From Octopus vulgaris (Eukaryota), in contig OX597834.1 of assembly GCA_951406725.2 (NCBI GenBank), positions 41,850,001 through 41,914,000 on the forward strand: a stretch of 64,000 nt of DNA, given 5' to 3'. The notes under the pieces are model-generated. The model ran no database searches. It was not told where the DNA came from and worked only from the letters and a program-made list of their open reading frames with translations. Shown here piece by piece: positions 33,379 to 48,162 of the stretch. The translations under genes were made by a program, and so were the position numbers. How positions within the stretch are numbered: the stretch's first letter is position 1; every line of letters starts with the position of its first letter.

Positions 33379-36300
33379 CTGAAACAGAAAAGAAGAAACA
33401 AAAAAATTTTCAAAGGTTGCGACTACACAATTCAACCTCCGACCAACAGAAGAACTGAAAGGAGAAGATGGAACTGACATGGCTGAAACTGATCTGATCT
33501 GATCTGATCATGTTTACCCAATCAAGGCTGACCCAGGGCTATACAACTGCAGCAACCCCTACACAAACCCCACTACATTAAGTCTCATACTGCACAGAAA
33601 TCCTACTACGTTACAGGTGCCGGCGTGGCTGTGTGGTGAGAAGGTTGCTTCCTGACCACATGGTTCTGGGTTCAGTCCCACTGCGTGGCACCTTGGGCAA
33701 GTGTCTTCTACTATAGCCTCGGGCCGACCATATGTGCGTGTGTGTGTGTGTATGTATGTTTGTGTGTCTGTTTGTCCCTAGTGGTTTTTAAACACCGAAT
33801 GGCTATGGGGCTCCACCAGAATGAAATGGTAATCAAAGGGATTCATGTAATAATAGTAAATAGGTGCAGGAGTGGATGTGTGGTAAGTAGCTTGCTTACC
33901 AACCACAGGATTCTGGGTTCAATCCCACCTTGGGGAAGTGTCTTCTACAATAGCCTCGGGCCGACCAAAGCCTCGTGAGTGGATTTGGTGGACGGAAACT
34001 GAAGGAAGCCTGTTGTGTATACACACACACACACACATCATCATCATCATCATTTGGCGTCCATTTTCCATGCTAGCATGGGTTGGACGGTTCAACTGGG
34101 GTCTGGGAAGCCAGAAGGCTTCATCAGGCCCAGTCAGATCTGGCAGTGTTTCTACGGCTGGATGCCCTTCCTAACGCCAACCACTCCGTGAGTGTAGTGG
34201 GTGCTTTTTACATGCCACCTGCACACGCATATATAAACTATAAATTGTCATATGCTGTTGTATATCTACAGCAGTGGTTCTCAACAGGGATCCATATCAT
34301 CTCTGAGGGTCATTATAAGATTTTGGTGGGTCCACGTAACAAAATAGCAAATTGGAGATCAACAATAATATTTTAAGGGCCCCTAAAAAAATTTTGTATT
34401 GCAAGAAACAGCTTGGTTTTTCTCTAACATTTTACACAGCTCAACCTAATGAGTGAAAAACAAAACAGGAATTTTGAAAGAAGTTTCTTTAAAACTAGTT
34501 CTAAACATTGAATGACTATGAAGGGTCCACCAAAATAAAATAGTAACCAAGGACATCCACAGATAGAAAAATGGTTGAGGTTCCCTGATCTACAGCATAG
34601 TAATATTCAGAGTTCCCCTCAAAAATTCAAATTGGTTTTTCTGAGTTACTTACTTTTTCCCCAATGCCATGATCCCATACAATACACCAGTCGCGAACAC
34701 CAGACAACAGCCAAATACTGTACTTAGGGAGAAACACATCACAATAGGGATCAAGGAACTCCTGCAAAAAATAAAAAGGGAGAATGTTAACCGCTTGAAA
34801 ATTGTGTTTTAACAAATTCCTCACTTTGGATGAAGGGGTTACTGAAAAGTTCCTGGATTGAAGGGTATCGTGAAAGGCCTGGTTGTAGGCCCAACCTTCT
34901 GAGTTCTTTTATAGGGTTTAGAAAAACTGAAGGACCACTGCAATAAGTACGTGTGTGAATCTGAGAGGGGGTTATGATAAATAAAATCAATAATTAACTG
35001 ATCCTCCTGAAATTTTCTTTTACCCAAAGCCAGGAACTTTTCAGCACCCCACTCATATATATTCTGATCTTCAAAGTTGTTCAGCTCTAAAAGGCCAGTC
35101 ACACCTATGGGGGAAGATCTGTGCTAGAAACAGCAGCCAAATCTTCAAATCATACTCCGTCATCTTAAAAAAGAGGCACATTGTGTAAGGTAATCTAGAA
35201 AGTCACAAATACAGCTGAGGACTAAATAACACCATTGCTTTGAGCTAACAAGGGTACTCCTATGTCCTGGCTTGAAACACTAGAAAGAGCAGCCATTCTT
35301 CATTCAACAATAGAGTCCTATTTGTCAAAAATAAGACAGGATAGTCATAACTGGAAGGTCTTTGATAAAAGGTCACCTTAATTAAGGGTATCTTGAGATT
35401 AAACAACAAAAACATGAGCTGAAGGTGGCGAGCTGGCATGCCGGGCGAAATGCTTAGCAGCATTTCGACTGTCTTTGCATTCTGAGTTCAAATTCCACCA
35501 GGGTCTACTTTGCCTTTCATCCTTTTGGGGACGATAAATTAATTACCAGTTGCATACTGGAGTTGATCTTATCGACTGGCCCCCTCCCACAAAACTTCCA
35601 GCCTTGTGCCTAGAGCAGAAAAGAATAGCTCAATCTGCTGGAGATAACAGCCACATCTCCCTTATTAGATATTCTTCCAGATCGAGTTTCCTCAATCTGC
35701 ACAGATATTCCTCCATTGCCGACTTCAACTTGGGAACTTATAGCTTTTCATGTATCATAAATTTTCCAAATTTTTTTCATAAAAAGCTTGCCCCTGTCAT
35801 TTCCAAGACCGTGATACAAAAAAACTGGAAAAATTCTCGTCAAAACAGTGAAAATCCAACTTATGTGGGCGACCTGACCTGAAGCTCCACCATTTATAGC
35901 CATTTTCAATAATCCATCAAAATTTTATTGAAATGGTGACATGTTCCAAAATCTCATGATTTATTTACCTCCAATAGCTATTACAAATGTACAAAACTCA
36001 AGTTTCTGTGGCCTGTAGTTTTGCATTTAGCTAGGTCTGAAAATACTGCAAAATTGGCCATAACAAAAATAGGCTTTACATAAATATTTTAAAAAACTGC
36101 CAAAAAGAAGATTTCTTTCCAAGAACCTGAAAAAAAACCCCAGACAACTGCTATACCATGGTCACTATTAATTTGTGTAATTTGAAGATAATTATCACCT
36201 CAGTATCAAAGATATCACATCACAAATATAGCTACTTGTTCATTTAGACAAATTAAGCAAAATTTCAACTGATTCACTGACCATTCAAATTATCATATTT

Positions 36301-37654
36301 CCCAAAATATTCATCCAAATTTCACAAATGAGATATCAAAAGGTTTCTTTTTGGATGCTCTCCCAGAAAAAGTAGAGTAGAAATTACATGCAAATATTTT
36401 CATAAAATCATAGTGATAGCTACTGGGAGCAGGTAAGCTAGAGAGCTTGAGTCTGATTTGGCTTGGGCTCTATGGTTGAATGCCCTTGATAAAACCCAAC
36501 CACTCCACAAAGTGTACCAGGTGCCCTTTTATGTTTCACCAGCACAGGTGCCTTTTACAAGTTATGCTGAATAGAGACAATGTCATCTAGTTGAATCATC
36601 ATTATCATCATCATCGTTTAACGTCTGCTTTCCATGCTAGCATGGGTTGGACGATTTGACTGAGGACTGGCAAACCAGATGGCTGCACCAGGCTCCAATC
36701 TGATCTGGCAAAGTTTCTACAGGTGGATGCCCTTCCAAATGCCAACCACTCCGAGAGTGTAGTGGGTGCTTTTACATGCCACCGGCACGAGGGCCGGTCA
36801 GGTGGTACTGGCAACGGGCATGCTCAAATGGTGCTTTTTATGTGCCTCCTGCACAAGAGCCAATCCAGCAGCACTAGCAACGACCTTCCTCGAATGTTTT
36901 TTTCCCATGCCTCTGTAAAAGCCCCTCCTAAATCCTATGGCAGTTTGATTCGCAACACAGAGACCTCTTAGCTTCTCTCATTAAAAGGCAGCAAGCTGGC
37001 AGACTCATTAACACACAGGACAAAATGCTTAGCAGCATTTCATCCACCTTTACATTTTCAGTTCAAATTCCATTGAGGTAAACTTTGCCTTACATCCTTT
37101 CGGGGGGTCAATAATATAGGTACCAGTTAAGCACTGGGGCCAAAGTAATTGTCTAAACCTGTCACCAGAAATTGCTGACTTTGAGCGAAAGTTTAAAAAC
37201 CAGTATTTATACTTACAGTGTGTAGAACATTGCTTTTTGCCAGTGTGGTCTGTTATCAGAAAATTTGCCAATTTGAGTAATAAAATCCAGAAAAGGGCAG
37301 CAGCAGGGTCCTTCAAAGACAACTGTTACAAATCCAACACACCTGCAGAACAAAGAAAATGAAGAATGGGGTGAGAATAGAAATTAGAAATTGCACAAAC
37401 AAGTTGAACTCTTTGATTTAAATTATTATCACTCTTTACTCTTTTACATGTTTCAGTTATTTGACTGCGGCCATGCTGGAGCACCACCTTTAGTCGAGCA
37501 AATCGACCCCGGGACTTATTCTTTGTAAGCCCAGTACTTATTCTATCGGTCTCTTTTTGCCGAACCGCTAAGTGACAGGGACGTAAACACACCAGCATCG
37601 GTTGTCAAGCAATGCTAGGGGGACAAACACACATACACAAACACTCACACACAT

Positions 37655-37685
<31 letters not shown>

Positions 37686-38340
37686 CATATATACGACAGG
37701 CCTCTTTCAGTTTCCGTCTACCAAATCCACTCACAAGACATTGGTCGGTCCGGGGCTATAGCAGAAGACATTTGCCCAAGGTGCCACGCAGTGGGACTGA
37801 ACCCGGAACCATGTGGTTGGTTAGCAAGCTACTTACCACACAGCCACTCCTACGCCTATTTTTTTTTGTCTAGTCAAATGAAGAAAGACCCCTGATTATT
37901 TTTCAGGTATTGTGTGACAGGTAGGAGAGATATTCTTTTATTCTTTTACTTGTTTCAGTCATCTGATGGTGGCCAGGCTGGAGCACAGCCTTAAAGGGTG
38001 TTTTAGTTGAAGAAATCAACCCCAGGACTTATTCTTTATAAGCCTAGTACTTATTCTATCGACCTCTTTTGCCAAACCGCTAAGTTATGTGGATGTAAAC
38101 ATACCAACATCAGTTGTCAAGCGATGGTGAGGAAACAAACACAAAGCAAACACCAACACATAAATATATATATATTAGGCGCAGGAGTGGCTGTGTGGTA
38201 AGTAGCTTGCCTACCAACCACATGGTTCTGGGTTCAGTCCCACTGCGTGGCATCTTGGGCAAGTGTCTTCTGCTATAGCCCTGGGCCGACCAATGCCTTG
38301 TAAGTGGATTTGGTAGATGGAAACTGAAAGAAGCCTGTCG

Positions 38341-38383
<43 letters not shown>

Positions 38384-41300
38384 TTGTGTTTGTCCCCCTA
38401 GCATCGCTTGACAACCGATGCTGGTGTGTTTACGTCCCTGTCACTTAGCGGTTCGGCAAAAGAGACCGATAAAATAAGAACTGGGCTTACAAAGAATAAG
38501 TCCCGGGGTCGATCTGCTCGACTAAAGGCGGTGCTCCAGCATGGCCGCAGTCAAATGACTGAAACAAGTAAAAGAGTATATATGTGGAGGCACATGGCCT
38601 AATGGTTAGAGCAGTGGCCTCACAGTCATGGGATTGTTTTTTGGCTCAGGAACCCAAATCCCAAACCGAGATAGGTAGGGAGTGGGGATGGGTGCACCAA
38701 AAAATGTAAAACATGTCCAAAGAAAAATTTATCATACTTATAGAAGGATGACCATCAAGGGCTGCTGGAAGGAAATTTTATGGCTGCATGCAGCCCTTTG
38801 AGCCACAGATGTCAACCACTGATCTAGAAGGTTTACCAGTAACTAGTGTGATTTGAACCTAGATTTCCAAAACATAGACTTGAGGAGAATATACCATATT
38901 TTCCTGCATACAAGTCAACATAGTATATAGTGTAAATCAGTGCTTTTCAAACTTTTTGCTGGAGCAGAACCCCAAGGAAACATTCCACTGGCTCGGGGAA
39001 CCCCTGTGCAATAATTTAATAGTCTTATGCATACATATCTGCACAGGAGAATTAAAAATTACTGCCGATTTTAGCAGTTTTGTAACTTCTTGCGGAACCT
39101 CTGGACTGTACTGGCGGAACCCTAATGTTCCGCGGAACCCTGGTTGAAAACCACTGGTGTAAATATTCAAAAATTGTCACAATTTTTCCAAATTCTGCTG
39201 CATTTCACATGGAGTTTTTAGGCCCCCAAGGTCGTCTTTTGTTTTGGCTGTAAATTTAGATCTGAAAAATTTGACCTGTATACTGGAAAATACAATATTT
39301 ATACCTGCGCTACGCCAGTAATGAAGCTTATTGCGTAATTTAAACGTGGATTACTGAGAGAGATGGATTTAGAGAGCACCATCGAACGAGGAGTGAATAC
39401 TTACAGTTGTGCTATACCAGCAGCTAGGCATGCTGCTGTCAAGGTGACACACGTTACTACTCCAGATGCCATGGCAACTGAAACAGAAGAAAAGAAATAT
39501 GGTCAATGCTGAGAATCTAACATTAAAGAAAACACTCATCAGAGAGAGAGAGAGAGAGGGGGGAGAGGAAGAAAGAAAGAAATAAAGAAACAAGCAGGTG
39601 AAAAAAAAAATCTGTATGGTTTGTTAGGAAGAAGAAGAGCAGTAACCTTTTCCCAAGAACCTCCGATACTAATGTCGTGGTGGAGGTGGGGCGGGGTGGG
39701 GTGGATTTATAGGTCGTTGCTGCAATAGCGAGAAGTAGACCAAAATATGAAACTGTACTCAGACAGGGGAGCTGGCTCAAATGCTGACAATGAAGTGGAC
39801 TCCGCTAAAGGACGCAAGGACCAGGTGGTGATGTTAGACTAACCCAATGCATTAGTATATTTTTATACTGCCCTTTACTCCACCAGTCACAGAAACCCTG
39901 CAAAATAAACCATAGATGCTAACCTTTCTCTTCTGATTAGATCCATAAAAAGAGAGAGGAAAGAATAGTTAATTGTATCAACCTTGCAGATTTTACTTAT
40001 TTTGTCAAGAGTACCATCTGACTGGCCCCATGCTGGTGGCACGTAAAAAGCACCCACTACACTCTCGGAGTGGTTAGCGTTAGGAAGGGCATCCAGCTGT
40101 AGAAACTCTGCCAGATCAAGATTGGAGCCTGGTGCAGCCATCTGGTTCGCCAGCCCTCAGTCAAAATCGTCCAACCCATGCTAGCATGGAAAGAGGACGT
40201 TAAACGATGATGATGATGATTATATCGGTGATGATAGTGGCAGTGATGGGTGCTAACTATCTTGTATGTCCTTCCCTTTTTTCCGCAACTATCAGAGCAT
40301 GAAGCGCTCCTCACGAACACAGTTCATGAGATGGTTGGGATCTGTAAAAAGTTTGGAGTAGGAACTGAAAAAGTGAAGAATAAAAATGCAATGTCAAACA
40401 GGTTATATGATGGGCTGCATGCAATGCCTGACAGCACTATCACACAGCTTTGCTGCAATTTTCTTGGTTAAGATGGGAGAGATTTAGTTGTTGTGTCTAG
40501 TAGGCCAAGCAACCACATAGATCCAGTAGATCTTTGAAAGCATTAAAGTACTTGAGAAAGAGGGCAAAGCAATGTCAAGTACCGGTACTTAGTGTGATTC
40601 CTGCCACTCACCATTCCTATCCAAGTTACTACTTAACAGAAGTTTAGTTTAGTGAATTTGTAATTAGGTGAAGGGTCTTGTGTTTAATACTTAATTGGAA
40701 ATAACAACTTGCAGCTAAGCCGGAACAAAGTTATTGAGTTATGAGATAAAGAATTATGACCAGTTATCACTGGTACTGAGTCGTTATGATGTTTCATATC
40801 CAAATATGGCTAATATAAATAATAGTGAGACTAAAGAAGGAAAAATGGGTAATAGATATCATCATCATCATTGTTTAACGTCCATTTTCCCTGCTAGCAT
40901 GGGTTGGACAGTTCAACTGGGGTCTGGGAAGCCAGAAAGCTGCATCAGGCTCCAGTCTTATCTGGCAATGTTTCTACAACTGGATGCCCTTCCTAACGCC
41001 AATCACTCCGTGAGTGTAGTGAGTGCATTTTACATGCCACCGGCACGGAAGCCAGTCGATTTCACTTGCCCCAACATGTCTTCGCAAGCAAAGGGGGTTG
41101 GCATGGGTGCCTGTCGTCGGATGAGGTTCGATATCGACTTCGCTTGCGTCAACAGGTCTTTGTGTCCAAGGGAGGAAAGGCATGCATAAGTGGGCTGGGC
41201 TCACTTGTCCTGCCTGGTCTTCTCACGTACAGCATATTTCCAAAGGTCTCGGTCGCTGGTCATTTCCTCAGTGAAGCCTAAAGTTCGAAGGTCGTGCTTC

Positions 41301-44144
41301 ACCACCTCGTCCCAGGTTTTCCTGGGTCTACCTCTTCCACGGGTTCCCTCAACTGCTAGGTATATATGCCATATTTCAGGAGATCTATACACCACATCCA
41401 AACCATTAACCATCCATGAACTCGTTGCTATTTAAAGCCACTAAATATAGCAGTGTAACACTATTAGACATACCAATTTTACATACTAAACACATTGGTG
41501 ACAGCTGGTACGTACATATTAATGACTTGTAAAATGTGTACAGTGATCCCTCGACTACCGTGGGGGTTGCATTCCAAACCCCACCCCTCCTCGGGATAGG
41601 TGAAAATCCACAAAGTAGAAACAGTACTGTACTTTCTTTCTTTCTTTCTTTCAGTCATATACCATGACAAGATATACCGTGTCTAATTAAAAACAAAAAC
41701 ATAAAAAAGAAACACTATGATCATGGCCGAAACACCTTTGATCATAGGTCTGTTCAGTCAAGCATGACATGGGAATAAGCAGCATCAGCAACACTCAGTA
41801 ATATGTCCAATTCTGTCAGTTCCATAATCAATATTCGGTTTTGATATTGGTTCATGCGGAACCATTTCCTTTAATCTTTCATTTCCATATTTTCTTCGCT
41901 GTCTTCTCCAAGCCACCAAGTATAATTGGTTAACGAACACAAACACGAATGTTCTCTTCCACCTCTTCCCCTCTTAATTATATTCATACATTCCATCATA
42001 TTTCAACTTTGTAGTCAAGAAGGGAATGTGACCACCCTTCTTGAATATCTTTCAAGACCCTGAAGTGACAGTATGATGTCATGGAAGAGAAAAGGTTTTT
42101 TTTTTCTTTTTAATTTTACTAGTTTCAATCACTGGAGCGTGGTCACGCTGGGGCACCATTTTGACAGGTTTTAGTCAAACAAATCGACCCCAGTACTTCT
42201 GGGTTTCTTTTTTCAAAAATCTAGCTCTTATTTTATCAGTTACTTTTGCTGAACTGCTAAGTTACAAGGCAAATGGATGGCTGACAAACATAGACGCAAA
42301 GACAAACACATACAAACACCCACACACACACACATATATATACATACACATACACAATCAAACCTCCACACAGTTTCCATATATGTAATATTCTTTTATA
42401 TGTTTCAGTCCAGTGACTGTGGCCATGCTGGAGCACCGCCATTGTGATCATCTTTCCACTTTCCACCTTTGTCAGAATGGCTTTTGGTGAAGGATAGAGT
42501 TCGATGTTACTGCCCTCTTTTGAGTTTCTTGCCTAGATATTGGCTCATCCGGGATCTCGGCGAGCCAGAGGTCAAGTTCACGTTTGAAAATGTCTACATC
42601 CACTCCATGGAGGCTCCTCAGATGCTTCGGCAGATAGTTAAACAGCTGTGGGCCCTTGAAACCCAAGCTATTGCAGTACATCATCCTTGCCAGAGATGAA
42701 GCAGTCAGCAGAGTAGGACAGCACAGTGATGTTCTGTTTGTGGTCTGCTATAGTTCTTTATTCCAAAGTTTGGTACCAGTCCTTCCAGTATCTTCCATAT
42801 ATATATACACAGATATATATATATATATATATATATATCCTTCTTCCCTTCTTTCCTGAGCGCCCAATAATACTTTATTTGTTCCACATCCTCGCGTTGT
42901 TGTCTTTTTGTTTTCTTGTTTGGATTAACTTTATATATATATATATCACTGCATACCTCTTCCACCTTCATTCCAGGGAATAGAGTTGTAGCTCTGTCAA
43001 TCTGTCCCAGTAGCTCAGTCGTTCCATTGATGCAATTTTCTTTGTGTAGTGTTGTTGGACTGCTTCAAGCTCTGCTATCGTCCTTGTAGTATAAGGTGAC
43101 CATATCATCATCATCATCGTTTAACGTCCGTTTTCCATGCTAGCATGGGTTGGACGGTTCGACTGGGGTCTGGGAAGCCAGAAGGCTGCACAAGGCTCCA
43201 GTCTGATCTGGCAGAGTTTCTACAGCTGGATGCCCTTCATAACACCAGCCACTCCATGAGTGTAGTGGGTGCATTTTACGTGCCACCGGCAGAGGGGCCA
43301 GACAAGGCTGGCAAACGGCCACGATCGGTTGGTGCTTTTGCGTGTCACCAACACGGACGCCATATAAACTAGTTTTTAAATATCAAATGGCCAAGGGGGT
43401 CCACCAGAATAAAATAGTAACCAAAAAGGTCCATGTAACAAAATAGTAATGATCCCTAAAAGTATTTTAAAGGCTCTTGAAAAAATTTGCATTAGATATA
43501 TGTGCTGGTGTGTTCTGCAAGAAACAGCTAGGTTTCTGTCTGACATTTTACATAGTTCAACCTACACATGTTAAAAACAAAATAGGGATTTTCAAAGAAG
43601 TATCTTATGAGGGTCCACTAGAATGAAACAGTAATCATAGGGGTCAATGGGTAAAAAATGGTTGAGAACTGCTGACCTGGAACATCCATCAGAGAATGTA
43701 TTGATTTCATTTCTGATCCCAGGTTAGCCATGACCAAACAGATTTAGGATCTAAGGAGTCCCAGCCATGACCAAACAGATTTAGGATCGAAGGAGTCCCG
43801 GCTATGAGCTTCCAGTCTTCTCAAGCCTTTCTATATATCTATTCTGACGTCACTTTTTAAGATGGAAGGGTGTAATTTGAAGGATATCTTATTGCTATTT
43901 CTAGCACATCGAATGACCGCTTGAATGCTCCTGCTTGGAACAGATTAGCTCTTAGTCATCACTTATATACAACAGGGGGAATATCAGTCATTTTACTTTT
44001 ATATTTTTTTTCATGGATAAGTAATTGGTTTACAGCTGAGTAATGAAAATAATGGCCACACAAAAGAGGGATTAACTACTGACAATAATCCACGAGTCAT
44101 AAGTATCATGTGTGTGTGTGTGTGTGCATGTGTGTGTGTGTGTA

Positions 44145-44180
<36 letters not shown>

Positions 44181-46872
44181 CATGTGTGCGTGTGTGTGTG
44201 CATGTGTGTGTGCATGTGTGTGTGTGTGCATGCATGTGTACGTGCGTGTGTGTGCATGTGTGTGTGTGTTTGTGTTTTGTTCATTGGCTGGTTTCCATCA
44301 TTAATCATAGGCCAGGCTGGGGAAATACCTTTGAAGGTTTTAGTCAGCTCCATTGACCTGTATTTATTTCTAATCTGATATTTTATCAACTCTATTTCTC
44401 AAACTGTTAAGTTACAGGTCATAAAAAGACAAAACGTAAACAGCACCACCAGTTTTTCCAACTAATGTAAGCATAAAATCTAACACACATACACGTGTAT
44501 GTACATATGTAGATATACACTTTTAACCCTTTCGTTACTGTATTTATTTTGAGATGCTCTGAGTTTCTTTCAATTAATTTTAAATATAACAAAGAATTCA
44601 GTAAAATAACTTAATTATCATTAAGCTGGTGTTAGGAATATAAATTGTGACTAAGGTTTGGTGGAAGATTTTAATTCAAAACTTATGAAAACAAGACATT
44701 TGTATGACAGAGCCGGAGTCGATTTCTGCTAGGTTGGTAACGAAAGGGTTAAGGTGACTCGAGCGCTGAGAGCTTCATAAAGATATATTACACTAATACT
44801 TTGATATAACAAAAATACAGACAGAGAAAATTACATCTTTAATTACTCTTACTCTTTTAATTGTTTCAGTCATTTGACTGTGGCCATGCTGGAGCACCGT
44901 CTTTAGTTGAGCAAATCGACCCCCAGGACTTATTCTTTGTAAGTCTAGTACTTATTTTATTGGTCTCTTTTGCCGAACTGCTAAGTCACAGGGACGTAAA
45001 CACACCAGCATCAACTGTCAAGCGATGTTGGGGGTACAAACACAGAAACGCAAACAAATACACACACATATATATATATCTCAATTGATCACATGACCGA
45101 CCAGGCTATCAGATGTTGCACGTAAAAAGCACCATCTGAACGTGGCCAATGCCAGCGCCGCCTTGACTGGCTTCTGTGCCGGGGGCACGTAAAAAGCACC
45201 AACCAATTGTGGCTACTGTCAGCCTCCCCTGGCACCTGTGCCGGTGGCACTTAAAAAGCACCCACTTCACTCACGGAGTGGTTGGCGTTAGGAAGGGCAT
45301 CCAGCTGTAGAAACACTGCCAGATCAGACTGGAGCCTGGTGCAGCCTCCTGGCTTCCCAGATCCCGGTCGAACCGTCCAACCCGTGCTAGCACGGAAAAC
45401 GGACGTTAAACGACGATGATGATGATAGAGAATCTACCAAAGAGAGCCAGAGAGAAAGTGTAAAATGTGTAAGATAGCAAAAAAGACAAACAATTAACAG
45501 TGCAAAGACTAAAGCACCATTTTATAAAAGAGTTTAAAGTAACATTCCAGGAACAATTTGTTTATCCATCACATAATTTTGATATTCTTTATCTGGTTGC
45601 CATTCAACACAAGACACTTATACTGCTCTGAAAAATTTGTTTTTAAAGGTCAAAATATGGAAGGAAAGCAAACATTTCTTTGAAATGTCTGTTATTATAA
45701 AATTATGAAAATGTGCTTCAAAATTTGACACTACTTTTAGCAAGCCAACATTTTAATCCCTTTCCTGTTAAACTGTCTGAGACTACTTCCAGTTCAAATT
45801 ATACAAAACTCCCCATACTAAATTGTTTGTATATTTAAATCCAAACCTATAATTAATCTAACTCAAAGAAAAACCATACATACATACATTAGTTGGCGTT
45901 AGGAAGGGCATCCAGCCGTAGAAACACTGCCAGATCTGACTGGGCCTGATGAAGCCTTCTGGCTTCACAGACCCCAGTTGAACCGTCCAACCCATGCTAG
46001 CATGGAAAACGGACGCTAAACGATGATGATGATGATGATGACATAGGCACAAGGATGGTTGTGTGGTAAGAAGGTTGCTTCCCAACCAAATGGTTCTGGG
46101 TTCAGGCCTATTGTGTGACACCTTGGGCAAGTGTCTACCAAATCCGCTCACAAGGCTTTGGTCAGCCCGAGGCTATAGTAGAAGACACTTGCCCAAGATG
46201 CCACGCAGTGGGACTGAACCCGGAACCAAGTGGTTGGTAAGCAAGCTACTTACCACACACCCACTCCTACGCCTATTACTGGTAATATATAATATATATT
46301 GTACACTCTGAAAATTGGCTGGCATTAAGAAGGGCATCCAGCTGTAGAAACCAAGCCAAAACTGACTGTGGCCTTGCTAGCTGGCAACAAACACGGACAT
46401 AAAGATACACACACATCTATTAAATAAAATCTGTTCTGTCTGTCTGTGTGTGTGTCTTCCAGGATCTTGAACATCCTCCATCCGGTTGCACTCAAATTTG
46501 ATATGTAGATACCGACGGTATCAGGGCATGTATAAGTCTTGAAAAAATTACAAAAATCGATTCCTGGTGAGAATGCGATCGATAAAGCCGTGGGAACGTG
46601 CATTAGTATGTGCAAGTACATCAGCTGTTGTGATGTACTTACTGGTACTTTAAACTCTTCGGTTGCATATTTGTGTGAATAAAATCGTTTTTCTTTGGAA
46701 TAGAAAAAAAGTCTGTCTTCATTTCTTCTTTTGCTGGTGTCTCAAATTTAGGTTAAATCAGTGTTTCTCAAAGGGGAGGCCTTTGGGATGGTCGGACAAG
46801 TTGTTTTGAGAAAATTTGGTTTAAACGTTTGACAACTCAGCACTGTCCATTGGACGGGGGTGGCGTTTTGCT

Positions 46873-46911
<39 letters not shown>

Positions 46912-48067
46912 GTCATTGGTGTTAGAAAGGGCATCCAGCTGTAGAAACCCAGCCAAAATCGAGCTGGAACTGGGTGCATCTTTCCAGCTTACTAGTTCCA
47001 GCCAGACAGTCTAACCCATACCAGCATGGAAAACAGACACTAAATGATAATGATGATGCATATATGCAGGATGTCCTTGCTAAACTTGACAACTTTCCAT
47101 GTCTCCTTTTTTTGCAGGAACAGCTTAATGTATCGGTAAACGGTCAACAAATTAAAAGCTGTAGCTGAGAAAAAAGTTGGCTGACATGGAGGACTGGAGG
47201 CCACCTAAATATTAGAAAAGAATTACCAGTATTATGATGATTCGCACCAGTTATCAAAATATACCCAACTAATACAATATTAACTTTACCTGACTTAAGT
47301 ACTCAACATGTTTTTTGTCCGAGTATAAGCTGTCTGGGAGCTCATTTGTATACCTGTCTGCAACACCTGTTATTGTGAAGGAGCCTGTAGACAGCAGCGT
47401 GCATCAGTAGAGTTATTGTATGTATATATACGTTTAGGTGAGACTGATTGCATTTTAATGTTTCATTATTATGGAGTTTAGCAGCTTTTACTCTTAAATT
47501 ATTTCTTTCATAATTAATTAGACTTTGTGTAGTTGTGTATGTGTGGACAGATGAGTAAAATCTCAGCTACTTAAGTGCAAAACATACAAACATACACACT
47601 TTTAGATATATATTTATATTAGAAATATTGAATTTCTAAATGTCTCAAAGAGACATGAGTGGTGGTGGAGCGATAGAGTGGTTGTATACTGTCAACATAA
47701 CGTGACAGTCCCTGGTGTTGGTTTATTTATGTCCCTGTTAACTTAGCAGTTTGGCAAAAAGAGCCTGATAGAATAAGTACCAGGCTTTTAAAATATAAGT
47801 GCTGAGGTCGATTTTGCTAGACAAAAAAAACCCTTCAAAGTGGTGCCCCAGCATGACCACAGACCAACAAGTGACACAAGCAAAAGCTAAAATAAAAAGA
47901 TATAAGATTGTAGAGTAAGGTTTGAGGAAGATTTACTACCTATGGGGACGGCAGCAGTAGCAGTAGTAGTAGTAGTGGTGGTGGTGGTGGTAGTAGTAGT
48001 GGTGATGGTAGTAGTAGTAGTAGTAGTAGTGGTGATAGTAGTGGTAGTAGTAGTAGTGATGGTAGTT

Positions 48068-48099
<32 letters not shown>

Positions 48100-48107
48100 G
48101 GTGGTAC

Positions 48108-48162
<55 letters not shown>

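Noticed and set aside
37050-37322. [15 protein letters not shown]... and a split T|GA codon at the exon 3/4 junction suggesting selenocysteine
   Set aside because: Wrong frame. The true acceptor at 37342 gives the conserved Flower frame with no in-frame TGA.
39305-39353. Possible extra 49-nt flower exon (cag...CAG|gtat on the minus strand)
   Set aside because: It needs a 51-nt intron and shifts the frame to an early stop; there is no support without transcripts.
44011-44389. His-Thr and Cys-Val repeat ORFs (also 1387-1772, 32690-32890 and 57332-57628)
   Set aside because: Dinucleotide microsatellite and SINE translations.
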